64,000 nt of DNA, taken from Caldisericota bacterium (GTDB lineage: Bacteria; Caldisericota; Caldisericia; JAAYUI01). Both the position numbers and the translations under genes were made by a program. Location of the stretch: the NCBI GenBank assembly GCA_029548865.1, contig JAKPMO010000015.1:80445-144444 (forward strand), written 5' to 3'. Of the stretch, positions 1 through 8,983 are shown one piece after another; within the stretch, counting starts at the first letter, position 1, and each line of letters starts with the position of its first letter. The notes under the pieces were generated by a model. The model did not search any database, was not told where the DNA came from, and was given only the letters and a program-made list of their open reading frames with translations.

Positions 1-190
1 GCACAAATCCAAAACCTTTTATGGAAGCATTCAATCCTGCAGGGCCATTTGTCACCATCGCTGGGGTATGCCTGGTAAATCCCAAATAGACTTCCCTTTC
101 GTCCATCTTTTGATTGTCCATCATTTTTTTGATGAAATTCGCCCTCTGGACAAAGGCCCATTCCCAAAAAGCTTGAGGCATTTTACTCAT
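1..190 (-). CDS. Hypothetical protein, N-terminal part only (gene runs off window start)
   Basis: Minus-strand ATG at 190..188 overlaps the stop of the next gene (ATGA). Open frame to position 1, translating MSKMPQAFWEWAFVQRANFIKKMMDNQ... No family recognised. Confidence 0.35.
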   Translation of the reverse strand, partial: MSKMPQAFWEWAFVQRANFIKKMMDNQKMDEREVYLGFTRHTPAMVTNGPAGLNASIKGFGFV

Positions 191-747
191 TTTTCTGGAG
201 ACACCCTGGCTGAATCAAAAAGCTCCTGAAGTTGTGGTATAAACTTTTCTATTTTCGCTGCAGAATCAACCACTCTGACCTGAAGGATGGCATCATTTGA
301 AATAAGAACTCTGGTCATTCCAATCGAAAGTTCCTTGCTTCCTTTTTGGTAGCCGGTAATCGTTATTCTTACCTCTTCTGCTCCACCAGATGATGATCTA
401 TCAGCAATATTATTGGTTATTTTTTTAAATGAATCTTCAAACTCGATCTTTGCCTGATCAAGAAGGTCCGATACCAAAACACCTTCAGAAAGCTTGAAAT
501 CTGGAACAGCAATTATTTTGATTATAGGGCTATCCTTTACATCCAATATGTTGAGCTGCAATTCGTCATTTGCTTCGGAAACAACCCCAAAAAAATTCTT
601 GTCATAAGAAACATAATAGCTCTCCCCACCCCACTTGATTACAGACTGCCCGGAGCAGGAGATCAAAAACAGTGCAAAAAAAGTTGCCAATAAAACACAA
701 AGGCCCCACTTTCGCGGGGCCTTTGAAGATTTCGAAACAATCATCAC
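187..747 (-). CDS. Putative secreted lipoprotein, paralog 1 of 3
   Basis: 186-aa ORF. N-terminal hydrophobic signal with Cys (LISCSG). C-terminal region resembles the two upstream lipoproteins. 4-nt overlap with neighbours suggests an operon. Confidence 0.55.
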   Translation of the reverse strand: MMIVSKSSKAPRKWGLCVLLATFFALFLISCSGQSVIKWGGESYYVSYDKNFFGVVSEANDELQLNILDVKDSPIIKIIAVPDFKLSEGVLVSDLLDQAKIEFEDSFKKITNNIADRSSSGGAEEVRITITGYQKGSKELSIGMTRVLISNDAILQVRVVDSAAKIEKFIPQLQELFDSARVSPEK

Positions 748-1484
748 TCAGAAACCTGGGTGATCATTACCTGCTGGATCATGTAATCCATTGTGTCTTT
801 CACTGCTTCATCATAGGCTGCTGACGGGCCTTCGCCGATGATCTTGAGGAAGGTTCCTGGGCCAAATTCGGTCTCTGAAACCCTGATTCCCCTGAGTGAG
901 TAAGCAAGGACTTTGCCCTTATAATCGGCCCCGTCTTTTTTGTAGGAATAGGACTGCCAAATGCCCTTTATGAGGGACTGGGTGTGCTTAAATTCGCCAT
1001 CTTTGTCTTTTGTGGCCTGGATCGAGGCTATGTAGTTCTCAAGCTGCGGCTTTATTGTCGCCGGGTCTGAGTTCGTCACTGCCTTGTCCTTTGATGCAAC
1101 GACCTTAAATGTTACCTTCGGGTTTTTGTCCCAGGTGAACATCTTGTAAGTTCCGCTATCATACATTTCCTTTGTAAGCGGGACTTCTGTCCAGCCCTGA
1201 TACTGCTCTCCTGCAACCTCAAGCCCTTCAAAAGCATACAGGGTCCAGATTAGAACTGGGTGTGGCGGGATCTTCATTTCGCCAACAAGCTCTTTGTCCT
1301 TTGCCGGTTTAAGGGCGTTTGGATCGGTGCTTGTGCTGCTGATGATTTTTCCCTCATTAGGGTTCTTGTCACCGTAATCAATCTTCCCACCGTTGCCGTT
1401 TCCACCAGATTCGCCGCCGCATCCGCAGCCGACCGCAGTCAAAGATATGCTCAGAAGAAGCGCGACAATTAACAGCTTGCGCAT
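744..1484 (-). CDS. Putative secreted lipoprotein, paralog 2 of 3
   Basis: 246-aa ORF. Signal peptide plus lipobox-like LTAVGCGCGG, Gly/Asn-rich linker. C-terminal motif DEAVKDTMDYMIQQV is similar to the neighbour's DEALANQIKDTMESFV. Confidence 0.55.
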   Translation of the reverse strand: MRKLLIVALLLSISLTAVGCGCGGESGGNGNGGKIDYGDKNPNEGKIISSTSTDPNALKPAKDKELVGEMKIPPHPVLIWTLYAFEGLEVAGEQYQGWTEVPLTKEMYDSGTYKMFTWDKNPKVTFKVVASKDKAVTNSDPATIKPQLENYIASIQATKDKDGEFKHTQSLIKGIWQSYSYKKDGADYKGKVLAYSLRGIRVSETEFGPGTFLKIIGEGPSAAYDEAVKDTMDYMIQQVMITQVSE

Positions 1485-1557
1485 ATTGCTACTCCTTTCA
1501 AATAAAAAAGGTGTATCTAACCTTTTTGGAGTATATTTAATAAATTCTTATTGTCAA

Positions 1558-2097
1558 TTACTTTTTAGGCGCTACAACGAAGCTTTCCATTGTGTCTTTG
1601 ATCTGGTTTGCAAGTGCTTCGTCGCCTTCCGGGTAGGTGCCTGTGACATATAACACTTTGCCGATTATTGCATAAATATGTTGAATAATTGTATATGACT
1701 GTCCGCCCTCTATTGCCGAGAAGACAAGTTCAAGTCTTTCATCGCCAAGTGCATTAGGGACATTTTTGTACTCATGGGAAACAAGGGTGTAGCCCGGGAC
1801 TTTCTTTTCAGCGTCTTTCGCATATTCTGCAGTGACTTCCCTGATATGACCCTGCTGAATATCAAGTCTCGTCTGGCTGGCTACCTTGACGCCAATAAAC
1901 GAAGGGAGATCTTCCCTTACAAAAACTACCTCAAGGTTGTCGGTGTTTGGCTGTTTGAACTCAGTTACCGGTTTCCAGCCCCTGAAGTAAGATATTGTAT
2001 ATTCGTCCTTGGCTGATTTGACTGTTCCAATAGGGCCACCACAAGATATGGCCAAGATTAGCGAAAAAAGCGCCAGAATAGCAAGGGGTTTTCTCAA
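1558..2097 (-). CDS. Putative secreted lipoprotein, paralog 3 of 3
   Basis: 179-aa ORF. Signal peptide plus LAISCGG lipobox. Shares the C-terminal motif with the 744..1484 product. Confidence 0.55.
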   Translation of the reverse strand: MRKPLAILALFSLILAISCGGPIGTVKSAKDEYTISYFRGWKPVTEFKQPNTDNLEVVFVREDLPSFIGVKVASQTRLDIQQGHIREVTAEYAKDAEKKVPGYTLVSHEYKNVPNALGDERLELVFSAIEGGQSYTIIQHIYAIIGKVLYVTGTYPEGDEALANQIKDTMESFVVAPKK

Positions 2098-2106
2098 TTT
2101 TTCCTC

Positions 2107-2190
2107 CGGAAGGAGGGGGATTTGAACCCCCGCGGGCTTTCACCCTCTGCATTTCAAGTGCAGCGCCATAGACCGCTCGGCCATCCTTCC
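2107..2190 (-). tRNA. tRNA-Ser (anticodon UGA), type II with long variable arm
   Basis: The reverse complement reads GGAAGGAUGGCCGAGCGGUCUAUGGCGCUGCACUUGAAAUGCAG...GGGGGUUCAAAUCCCCCUCCUUCCG. There is a 7-bp acceptor stem and a GCC/GGC D stem. The anticodon loop is CUUGAAA with UGA at positions 34-36. The T arm is GGGGG-UUCAAAU-CCCCC. No CCA is encoded. Confidence 0.85.
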
Positions 2191-2254
2191 GGGAATGGAG
2201 TTTATGAAAAACATCTTGATTTTCAAGGACAAGGCGGTCAATCATAATAGAGAA

Positions 2255-4108
2255 ATGGAAAACTACGATGTTATTGTGGTTGGTGCCGGACATGCAGGAA
2301 TGGAAGCCTCTCTTGCTTCCTGTCGCATTGGTGCCAAAACACTTCTTCTGACAATAAATACTGACCAGATGGCATACATGCCATGTAACCCAGCAATGGG
2401 TGGACCGGGTAAAACCCAGGTTTTATGCGAGCTGCATGCCCTTGGTGGCGCCTCTGCCATTCTTTCTGAAGAATCGGCAACATCCATAAGGTTGCTCAAT
2501 CGTTCCAAAGGCCCATCGGTACAATCGGTAAGAATACAGGCAGATAGACATTTTTATTCACTTCTGGCTGCCAAATTGATAGGGGAGACAAAAAATCTCA
2601 CCCTTTTACAGGGGATAGTGTCTAGCCTCCTGATCGAAGACGAAAAAATTGTCGGTGTTGTCCTTCTTGACGGACGGAAATTCTATTCAAAAACTGTCGT
2701 TCTGTCCTGCGGTACATACATGTCCGGAAAAGTACACTACGCTGATACAAGCACTCCAGGGGGAAGGATGGGACAGCCCTCAGTCAACGGACTCTCAGAA
2801 CAACTAAAAGAGCTTGGGCTTCCAATCAGGAGATTCAACACCGGCACCACACCCAGAATAGATGCAAAATCAATTGATTATTCAGAGTTGGCAAGACAGG
2901 ACGGGGACACTGAGCCGATAGCTCTTGTCTCTGAGCCAAGGATATTCAAGAACCAGCTTCCAAGCTGGCTTGGGCACACAAACAGCAACACCATGAACGT
3001 AATCAAAAAATACGTCCACCTAGCACCATCAGTCAAAGGCATGATGGTAAGGACAGGCCCCAGGTCTTGCCCTTCACTTGAAGAGAAGGCCAGATGGTAT
3101 GCTGACCGAACAGAGCACCTCTTCTTTGTGGAGCCAGAAAGCAGGTTTACAAACGAGTGCTATCTTCAGGGACTTTACATGAGCATTCCACCCCAGTACC
3201 AGCTCGAGGCACTCAAAACCCTTCCGGGACTTTCAAATGTCAGAATGGTAAAATCCGGATACGCCATTGATTACGATTTTGTAGATCCCACTGAATTGAA
3301 TCCTGACCTTTCCACAAAACATGACGATAACCTTTTCCTAGCAGGGCAAGTTGACGGAACAACCGGTTATGACGAGGCGGCGGCACTGGGGCTTGTCGCC
3401 GGTGCAAATGCCGCACTCAAATCCATGTCACTCCCTCCACTCATATTGGGACGCATGGATGGATACATCGGAGTAATGATTGATGATCTCGCACACAAGG
3501 GTATAACAGAGCCGTACAGGATAACACCCTCCCATGTTGAATTCAGGATGTCTCTGAGGGCCGACAATGCCATCTTTAGGCTTGGTCCAATAGCAAAAAA
3601 AATTGGCCTTCTTGACCCGGAACGGTCCGCCGATCTTTTAAAACTTGAGTCAGACAAAGCGGAATTCGTAAGAGAATCCGGGGGTCTGATTTACTATCCC
3701 GACAAGGACACAAAGGCCTGGTTCCAGGACATTGGCATTGGCGACATAAATGAGCCCGTCAAACTCGCGCAGTTGATTAGAAGACCGCATTTCGATTACA
3801 CAAAACTGATTGCTGTTGCCGCTATGTTCAAATCACTCTCAAGGAGGGCTGTCACTTCCGCAATGACTGATATTGCTATTGAAGCCTATTGTCAGCGAGA
3901 GCAGACAAGGATGAGAGATCTTGAGAGATGGGAGAAATTGTCACTCCCCGAAGACATAGATTATGCCGGAAATATGTTCCTCTCAAAACTGGCACGTCTC
4001 CGTCTTGCGGCAATCAAGCCAAAGACTCTTGGAGAGGCCATGAGGGTGGATGGTGTTACTCCATCAGATATCCAAATTCTTGGTCAGTATGTTTCACGTG
4101 AAACATAA
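2255..4108 (+). CDS. mnmG: tRNA uridine 5-carboxymethylaminomethyl modification enzyme MnmG (GidA)
   Basis: Contains the FAD-binding N-terminus MENYDVIVVGAGHAGMEA typical of GidA, and the length fits. The ORF track starts at 2195, only 4 nt from the tRNA. The internal ATG at 2255 matches the canonical MnmG N-terminus and leaves room for the tRNA promoter. Confidence 0.9.
   Translation: MENYDVIVVGAGHAGMEASLASCRIGAKTLLLTINTDQMAYMPCNPAMGGPGKTQVLCELHALGGASAILSEESATSIRLLNRSKGPSVQSVRIQADRHFYSLLAAKLIGETKNLTLLQGIVSSLLIEDEKIVGVVLLDGRKFYSKTVVLSCGTYMSGKVHYADTSTPGGRMGQPSVNGLSEQLKELGLPIRRFNTGTTPRIDAKSIDYSELARQDGDTEPIALVSEPRIFKNQLPSWLGHTNSNTMNVIKKYVHLAPSVKGMMVRTGPRSCPSLEEKARWYADRTEHLFFVEPESRFTNECYLQGLYMSIPPQYQLEALKTLPGLSNVRMVKSGYAIDYDFVDPTELNPDLSTKHDDNLFLAGQVDGTTGYDEAAALGLVAGANAALKSMSLPPLILGRMDGYIGVMIDDLAHKGITEPYRITPSHVEFRMSLRADNAIFRLGPIAKKIGLLDPERSADLLKLESDKAEFVRESGGLIYYPDKDTKAWFQDIGIGDINEPVKLAQLIRRPHFDYTKLIAVAAMFKSLSRRAVTSAMTDIAIEAYCQREQTRMRDLERWEKLSLPEDIDYAGNMFLSKLARLRLAAIKPKTLGEAMRVDGVTPSDIQILGQYVSRET
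4089..4108. promoter_or_regulatory. Perfect 20-bp palindrome TATGTTTCAC|GTGAAACATA overlapping the mnmG stop codon
   Basis: Read directly: positions 4089-4108 are self-complementary. They contain the GTGAAACA motif that recurs at 25.4-25.8 kb. No T-run follows, so an operator is more likely than a terminator. Confidence 0.4.
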
Positions 4109-4174
4109 TCAAGATTCTTATTAGTATTTATTACTATTCTCTCTTTTTAACAAAGTTTTATTACTCACTTGGCA

Positions 4175-4203
4175 TTGATATAACCAATAGATTTGTTTAT
4201 ACT
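4175..4203 (+). promoter_or_regulatory. Candidate sigma70-type promoter of the hydrogenase operon
   Basis: TTGATA (4175-4180), 17-bp spacer, TATACT (4198-4203), about 30 bp upstream of the hydB start at 4236. Confidence 0.35.
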
Positions 4204-4235
4204 ATCACAGCCAAATTCCATGAAAGGAAAACCCT

Positions 4236-5273
4236 ATGGAACAACGTGTGATGGAGAAGAAGGATGTAAAATCCTTCATCGCTGAGCTGATTAAGCTCTA
4301 TCCCGCCGTTTATGGCCCTATTGCCAAGGGAAAGAGCGTTGTATTCGACAGGCTCAAGGATGCAGGCGAGGCAAAGTTTAACTACACCAGATCAATCCTC
4401 CCCCCAAAAAAGTACCTGATGCCTCAGCAAGAGTGCATAATGAAATTCGATATGCCTCCAAGTCCAAAGGCTGAATCGGTTGTCGAATTTGAAGACCAGG
4501 TGATTGTTGGTGTCCACCCATGCGACATCAGGGCAATAAAACTCCTGGACATGATCATGAAGGGTGGAAATCCAGATGACAACTACAACAAGAGAAGAGA
4601 ACACACCGTAATAATCGGTATTGACTGCGTTCCTGATCAGTATTGCTATTGTAGTTCTGTCATGGACCTGAGATGTACCGATGGTTTTGATATCTTCCTT
4701 ACGGACCTAGGAGACCAGGTGCTTGTTGACGTCCTTACTGAAAAAGGCAAGGAAGTAATCTCAAAGATTGAGACCAAACCAGCCTCCAGCACCCACCTTA
4801 AAAAACAGGATGAGCTTCTTGAAGCAAAAAAGAAACTCTTTACGGCAAAGTTCACTGGCCCTGCTCAGCTCCTTCCGCTTGAGCTCGAAGGCCAGTGGGA
4901 AGCACCAGTTTGGGAAGACATGGGCAAAAAATGCCTTTCCTGCGGGCAGTGCGTCCTTGTCTGTCCGACATGCTATTGCTTCGATGTCACTGATGAACTC
5001 GCCCTTTCAATGAAAAAGGGTGATAGGGTGAGGAAATGGGATGGTTGCCAGCTTGCAGGTTTTGCCTATGTTGGCTCTGGAGAGAACTTCAGGGAAGAGC
5101 CAGGCGCAAGGGTCCGCCACCGCTACCACAGGAAATTCAAATATCATGTTGACTCACACTCAATGACCTTCTGCACCGGTTGTGGAAGGTGCTGGGTCCA
5201 CTGCCCAGTAGAAATCAATCTCGTTGAAATTTCCAACAGGATATTCAAAAGGGAGGCCGAATGCAAAGCCTGA
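4236..5273 (+). CDS. hydB: [NiFe] hydrogenase group 3b-type beta subunit (sulfhydrogenase HydB / AsrA-like 4Fe-4S protein)
   Basis: Cys motifs CLSCGQCVLVCPTCYCF and CTGCGRCWVHCP are typical of HydB/AsrA ferredoxin-like subunits. It is the first gene of a beta-gamma-delta-alpha cluster. Confidence 0.75.
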   Translation: MEQRVMEKKDVKSFIAELIKLYPAVYGPIAKGKSVVFDRLKDAGEAKFNYTRSILPPKKYLMPQQECIMKFDMPPSPKAESVVEFEDQVIVGVHPCDIRAIKLLDMIMKGGNPDDNYNKRREHTVIIGIDCVPDQYCYCSSVMDLRCTDGFDIFLTDLGDQVLVDVLTEKGKEVISKIETKPASSTHLKKQDELLEAKKKLFTAKFTGPAQLLPLELEGQWEAPVWEDMGKKCLSCGQCVLVCPTCYCFDVTDELALSMKKGDRVRKWDGCQLAGFAYVGSGENFREEPGARVRHRYHRKFKYHVDSHSMTFCTGCGRCWVHCPVEINLVEISNRIFKREAECKA

Positions 5274-6088
5274 ACCTTTATGAACCAATGATCGCAACAA
5301 TCAAGTCCGTGAAAGAGCTCACGCCAACCGAGAAAATGTTTGAGGTCGAGCTCCCGGATGGAAAGCGCCTTGGCCATGGCCCGGGACAGTTTGTAGAAAT
5401 GACGGTTTTTGGTGTTGGCGAAGCTCCAATCTCCATTTGTTCTTCTCCAACTGATGGAAACAATTTCCATCTCACCATCCGCAAGGTTGGAGACGTCACC
5501 GGCGTTGTCCACACCATGAAACCTGGTGACAAGCTCGGAATCAGGGGACCGTTTGGCTATGGTTTCCCTGTGGACCAGCTCAAAGGCCACGACATCATAA
5601 TAGTTGCGGGTGGAATCGGGCTTGCCCCGCTCCGTTCTGTCATTAACTACATCTTCCACAATCGCTCCGATTTTGGCCAGTTCACAATAATCCACGGCGC
5701 AAAAACGCCGTCGGACATGCTCTTCAAGGATGAACTTGAAGGCTGGCGTAAAAATCCCAATGTTACCTACCTTGAAACAGTTGACAGGCCCACCCCGGAG
5801 TGGAAGGGCAATGCCGGCGTCATCACAACACTCTTCAAGAAAGTCGGCAAGATCAACCCTGATAACACCTATGCGCTCGTTTGTGGCCCGCCGGTAATGT
5901 ACAAGTACGTCATCCTCGAATGCGGCGTCCTTGGCATCCCGGACAGCCACATTCTTGCATCTCTTGAAAGAAGAATGAAGTGCGGCCTTGGCAAATGTGG
6001 TCATTGCCAGATCAATGGCCTCTATTGCTGCCAGCACGGACCTGTCTTCACATATACTCAAATCAAGCACCTTGAGGAGGCCCTATGA
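5261..6088 (+). CDS. hydG: [NiFe] hydrogenase gamma subunit (HydG / AsrB-like FAD-NAD(P) oxidoreductase with 2Fe-2S)
   Basis: Ferredoxin-NADP reductase-like fold signature GPFGYGF, with the C-terminal CGLGKCGHCQ cluster motif. 13-nt overlap with hydB. Confidence 0.75.
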   Translation: MQSLNLYEPMIATIKSVKELTPTEKMFEVELPDGKRLGHGPGQFVEMTVFGVGEAPISICSSPTDGNNFHLTIRKVGDVTGVVHTMKPGDKLGIRGPFGYGFPVDQLKGHDIIIVAGGIGLAPLRSVINYIFHNRSDFGQFTIIHGAKTPSDMLFKDELEGWRKNPNVTYLETVDRPTPEWKGNAGVITTLFKKVGKINPDNTYALVCGPPVMYKYVILECGVLGIPDSHILASLERRMKCGLGKCGHCQINGLYCCQHGPVFTYTQIKHLEEAL

Positions 6089-6831
6089 GCAAACCCAGGA
6101 TAGCTTTTTTTGACTTTTCATGCTGCGAAGGCTGCCAGCTCCAGGTCCTGAATTGCGAAGATGAGCTCCTTGATCTTCTCGCCCTCGTCGACATTGTCCA
6201 GTTCCGCGAGGCAATGACAGAGGCAGACTGGAACTTTGACATCGCATTCGTCGAGGGTTCCATAACCAGGGAACAGGATGAGCCAAGGCTCAAAAAAATC
6301 AGGGAAGCGGCAAAGCTCGTCATCGCCATCGGAGCCTGTTCAGGAATGGCCGGAATCAACGCCATCAGGAACGCAATGCCGATTGACAAAGCAAAAGAGA
6401 TAGTCTATGGCAACAAGAAAGATGCTTTTGAATCTACCTTTGCCCGCCCAATTGACACAGTGATCAAGGTTGATGGCTACATCCCAGGCTGTCCGATTGA
6501 CCGCAAAGACTTCCTGCGCACAGTCCAGGCCCTCCTGGTTGGCAAAAAGCCACCGGACCACGATTATCCTGTCTGCCAGGAATGCAGGCTCAGGGAAAAC
6601 GAGTGCCTTCTCACAGTCGGCATTCCATGCATGGGCCCAATCACAAGGGGCGGCTGTGATGCAATCGAACCAACCTTTGGTTCACCCTGCATCGGGTGCA
6701 GAGGTCTTGTTTCTGAAGCCAATATCGAGTCATGCAAGCAGATGCTTGAAAAGCACGGCCTTACAATAGAAGACATCAGCAAGTACATGACCATTTTCAA
6801 TTCCTTCCAAAAGGAGGAAAAACATGCCTGA
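6085..6831 (+). CDS. hydD: [NiFe] hydrogenase small (delta) subunit
   Basis: N-terminal FFDFSCCEGCQLQ and GIPCMGP...GCDA motifs match the NuoB-like hydrogenase small subunit. 4-nt overlap with hydG. Confidence 0.8.
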   Translation: MSKPRIAFFDFSCCEGCQLQVLNCEDELLDLLALVDIVQFREAMTEADWNFDIAFVEGSITREQDEPRLKKIREAAKLVIAIGACSGMAGINAIRNAMPIDKAKEIVYGNKKDAFESTFARPIDTVIKVDGYIPGCPIDRKDFLRTVQALLVGKKPPDHDYPVCQECRLRENECLLTVGIPCMGPITRGGCDAIEPTFGSPCIGCRGLVSEANIESCKQMLEKHGLTIEDISKYMTIFNSFQKEEKHA

Positions 6832-8119
6832 TCATGACATCCATGTGCATTATGTGACCAGGGTCGAAGGCCATGGCGACATCGTATGCAAGACAAACAA
6901 CGGTGTTGTTGAGAAAGCCGAATTCAATGTTGTCGAAGCCCCAAGGTTTTTTGAGGCCGCCTGCGTTGGAAGGGCCCATTATGAAATAAAGGACATCGTT
7001 ACAAGGATCTGTGGCATCTGTGCTTGCGGACACGCCCTCGCTTCCCTAAGGGCAAGCGAAGCTGCAATGTCCATCGAACCATCAGAGCAAACCATTGATC
7101 TTCGCAAGATTGTCCTCCACGGCGAAACCATCCAGTCCCATTTTCTCCATGCCTATTTTCTCGCCGCCCCAGACTTCCTTGGTGTTGGCTCAGTAATCCC
7201 GCTCGCCTCGTCTCACAAAGACGTCGTTGTCCGCGCTCTCAAACTCAAAAAACTCGGCAATGACATCAGTGAAACAATCGTTGGAAGACATGTCCATCCG
7301 ATAACCCTCAAGATCAACGGCTTTTCAAAGCTTCCAGACCCAGCCGCATTAAAGGCAATCCAGAAGCGGGTCATTGATGCATTGCCGGACATTGAGGCAA
7401 CTGTAGACCTTTTCTCGACCATCAAGGTCCCAGAACTCTACAGGGAAACCGAGTACATCTCCCTTGGGCCAACTGGTGGAGATAAAGAATACCCGTTCTA
7501 TGATGGTGACATCATCTCCTCCCTTGGCCAGTCATACAGACCATCCAATTATCAGCAGGTTTGCAATGAAGAAGTTGATCCAAAACACACTGCAAAGCTT
7601 TGCAGGCACAAAGCCCCATCATATCAGGTTGGTGCCCTCGCAAGGTTCAACAACAACTATAACCTTTTGAGGCCAGAGGCCAAAAAAGCTGCCGAAAAGC
7701 TAAACCTTAAGGCCCCGAACCACAACCCGTACAATATCACAATGGCCCAGGTTGTCGAAGCTGTGCATGTTGCATACGACCTCATTGATCTTATCGACAA
7801 AGTGCTCACAAAAGGAATCAAGGAAGAAAACAACAAGTACCAGCCAAAGGCAGGAACAGGCGCTGGTGCTGTTGAAGTCCCAAGGGGAATACTGTTCCAC
7901 AGCTACAAGTACGATTCCAATGGGATCTGCCAGTGGGCCGATTGCGTCATACCAACAACCCAGAACGTTCGCAATATCAATGAAGATATGAAGGCCCTCG
8001 TTCCAACCATCATCGGAAAATCACAAGAGGAAGTTTCCCTTCTTCTGCAGATGCTCCTCAGGGCATACGACCCATGCATCTCCTGCTCCACTCACCTTAT
8101 CAATGTGAGGTTTGAGTAA
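6824..8119 (+). CDS. hydA: [NiFe] hydrogenase large (alpha) subunit
   Basis: N-terminal RICGICACGH and C-terminal DPCISCSTH NiFe-ligating Cys pairs are present. Confidence 0.85.
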   Translation: MPDHDIHVHYVTRVEGHGDIVCKTNNGVVEKAEFNVVEAPRFFEAACVGRAHYEIKDIVTRICGICACGHALASLRASEAAMSIEPSEQTIDLRKIVLHGETIQSHFLHAYFLAAPDFLGVGSVIPLASSHKDVVVRALKLKKLGNDISETIVGRHVHPITLKINGFSKLPDPAALKAIQKRVIDALPDIEATVDLFSTIKVPELYRETEYISLGPTGGDKEYPFYDGDIISSLGQSYRPSNYQQVCNEEVDPKHTAKLCRHKAPSYQVGALARFNNNYNLLRPEAKKAAEKLNLKAPNHNPYNITMAQVVEAVHVAYDLIDLIDKVLTKGIKEENNKYQPKAGTGAGAVEVPRGILFHSYKYDSNGICQWADCVIPTTQNVRNINEDMKALVPTIIGKSQEEVSLLLQMLLRAYDPCISCSTHLINVRFE

Positions 8120-8587
8120 GTGAACACTCTCGTGGTCGGGCTCGGAAACACCCTTCTGGGTGATGAGGGGGTTGGTGTCCATATTGTCAATATTCTCAAG
8201 GACCAGCCCCTTCCTCAAAGCGTCGTCCTAAAAGACGGCGGGGTTTCAGGTTTTGATATTCTCCCTGACATTCTGGAGTCCGACCGCGTTGTTATTATTG
8301 ATGCCGCCAAGATGGGGCTTGTTCCAGGATCTGTGAGGTCTTTTACTCTCGACAACGTCCAGATGCCTGACGGCCCCGAGTTCTCCCTCCATGACCTTGG
8401 TCTCCCACAGGTGCTAAAGCTGGGTTCCACCATCTCCAGTCTCCCCCCGATGCTGCTTATCGGGATCGAGCCCAAAAAGATCGCTCCCGGCGCTTCACTC
8501 TCCGAAGAGGTCACAGGTCAGATGGGGAACATCCTTGAGTACGTTTATTCCGCCATTCTCGACTTCACCAAGGAGGTAGTCAATTGA
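8120..8587 (+). CDS. Hydrogenase maturation endopeptidase (HycI/HybD family)
   Basis: 155 aa. The N-terminus LVVGLGNTLLGDEGVGVHIV is typical of hydrogenase C-terminal processing proteases. It lies immediately after the large subunit. Confidence 0.75.
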   Translation: MNTLVVGLGNTLLGDEGVGVHIVNILKDQPLPQSVVLKDGGVSGFDILPDILESDRVVIIDAAKMGLVPGSVRSFTLDNVQMPDGPEFSLHDLGLPQVLKLGSTISSLPPMLLIGIEPKKIAPGASLSEEVTGQMGNILEYVYSAILDFTKEVVN

Positions 8588-8982
8588 AGAAGATACTTAT
8601 TATTGATGATGACACCGATATGGTTGAGGCGATGAGGATCGCCTTAGAGGCCGTTGGTTACAAAGTTTCTTCCGCCCCCAATGGCACACAGGGGCTCAAG
8701 ACCCTTCTTGAGTTCGCCCCTGACCTTATCATCCTCGATGTCATGATGGACACCGACACTGAAGGCTTCAATGTCGCTTGGGCCATCAGATCAGACGAGG
8801 ATTCCTCCGTCTACAAGAAATTCAAAAACATTCCAATCCTGATGGTCACATCTGTCTCATCTGAGAAGAAGATGAAGTTTGACCCAAAGAAGGACCAGGA
8901 GTTCCTTCCGGTCAACGATTTCATCGAAAAACCAATCAGGCCACAGCAACTGCTTCAAAAGGTGTCACAGTACTTAGGCTAA
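8584..8982 (+). CDS. Single-domain response regulator (CheY-like receiver)
   Basis: KILIIDDD...DLIILDVMM receiver motifs. TTG start overlapping the upstream stop. Confidence 0.75.
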   Translation: MKKILIIDDDTDMVEAMRIALEAVGYKVSSAPNGTQGLKTLLEFAPDLIILDVMMDTDTEGFNVAWAIRSDEDSSVYKKFKNIPILMVTSVSSEKKMKFDPKKDQEFLPVNDFIEKPIRPQQLLQKVSQYLG

Positions 8983-8983
8983 A

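Noticed and set aside
2195-2254. Upstream extension of mnmG to the ATG at 2195 (MEFMKNILIFKDKAVNHNRE)
   Set aside because: It begins 4 nt from the tRNA-Ser gene and would occupy the tRNA promoter. The internal Met gives the canonical MnmG N-terminus.
1260-2483. Small ORFs overlapping the lipoprotein genes, the tRNA and the mnmG start (1260..1472 +, 1393..1653 +, 1774..2016 +, 1961..2293 -, 2263..2508 -, 2271..2483 -)
   Set aside because: They overlap better-supported genes on the opposite strand or frame, and 1961..2293 and the two 22xx ORFs run through the tRNA. No start context or motifs.
4171-4186. Possible sigma-54 promoter TGGCAT-N4-ATAAC upstream of hydB
   Set aside because: The -12 element does not match the GC consensus. 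A sigma70-like TTGATA-17-TATACT fits better.
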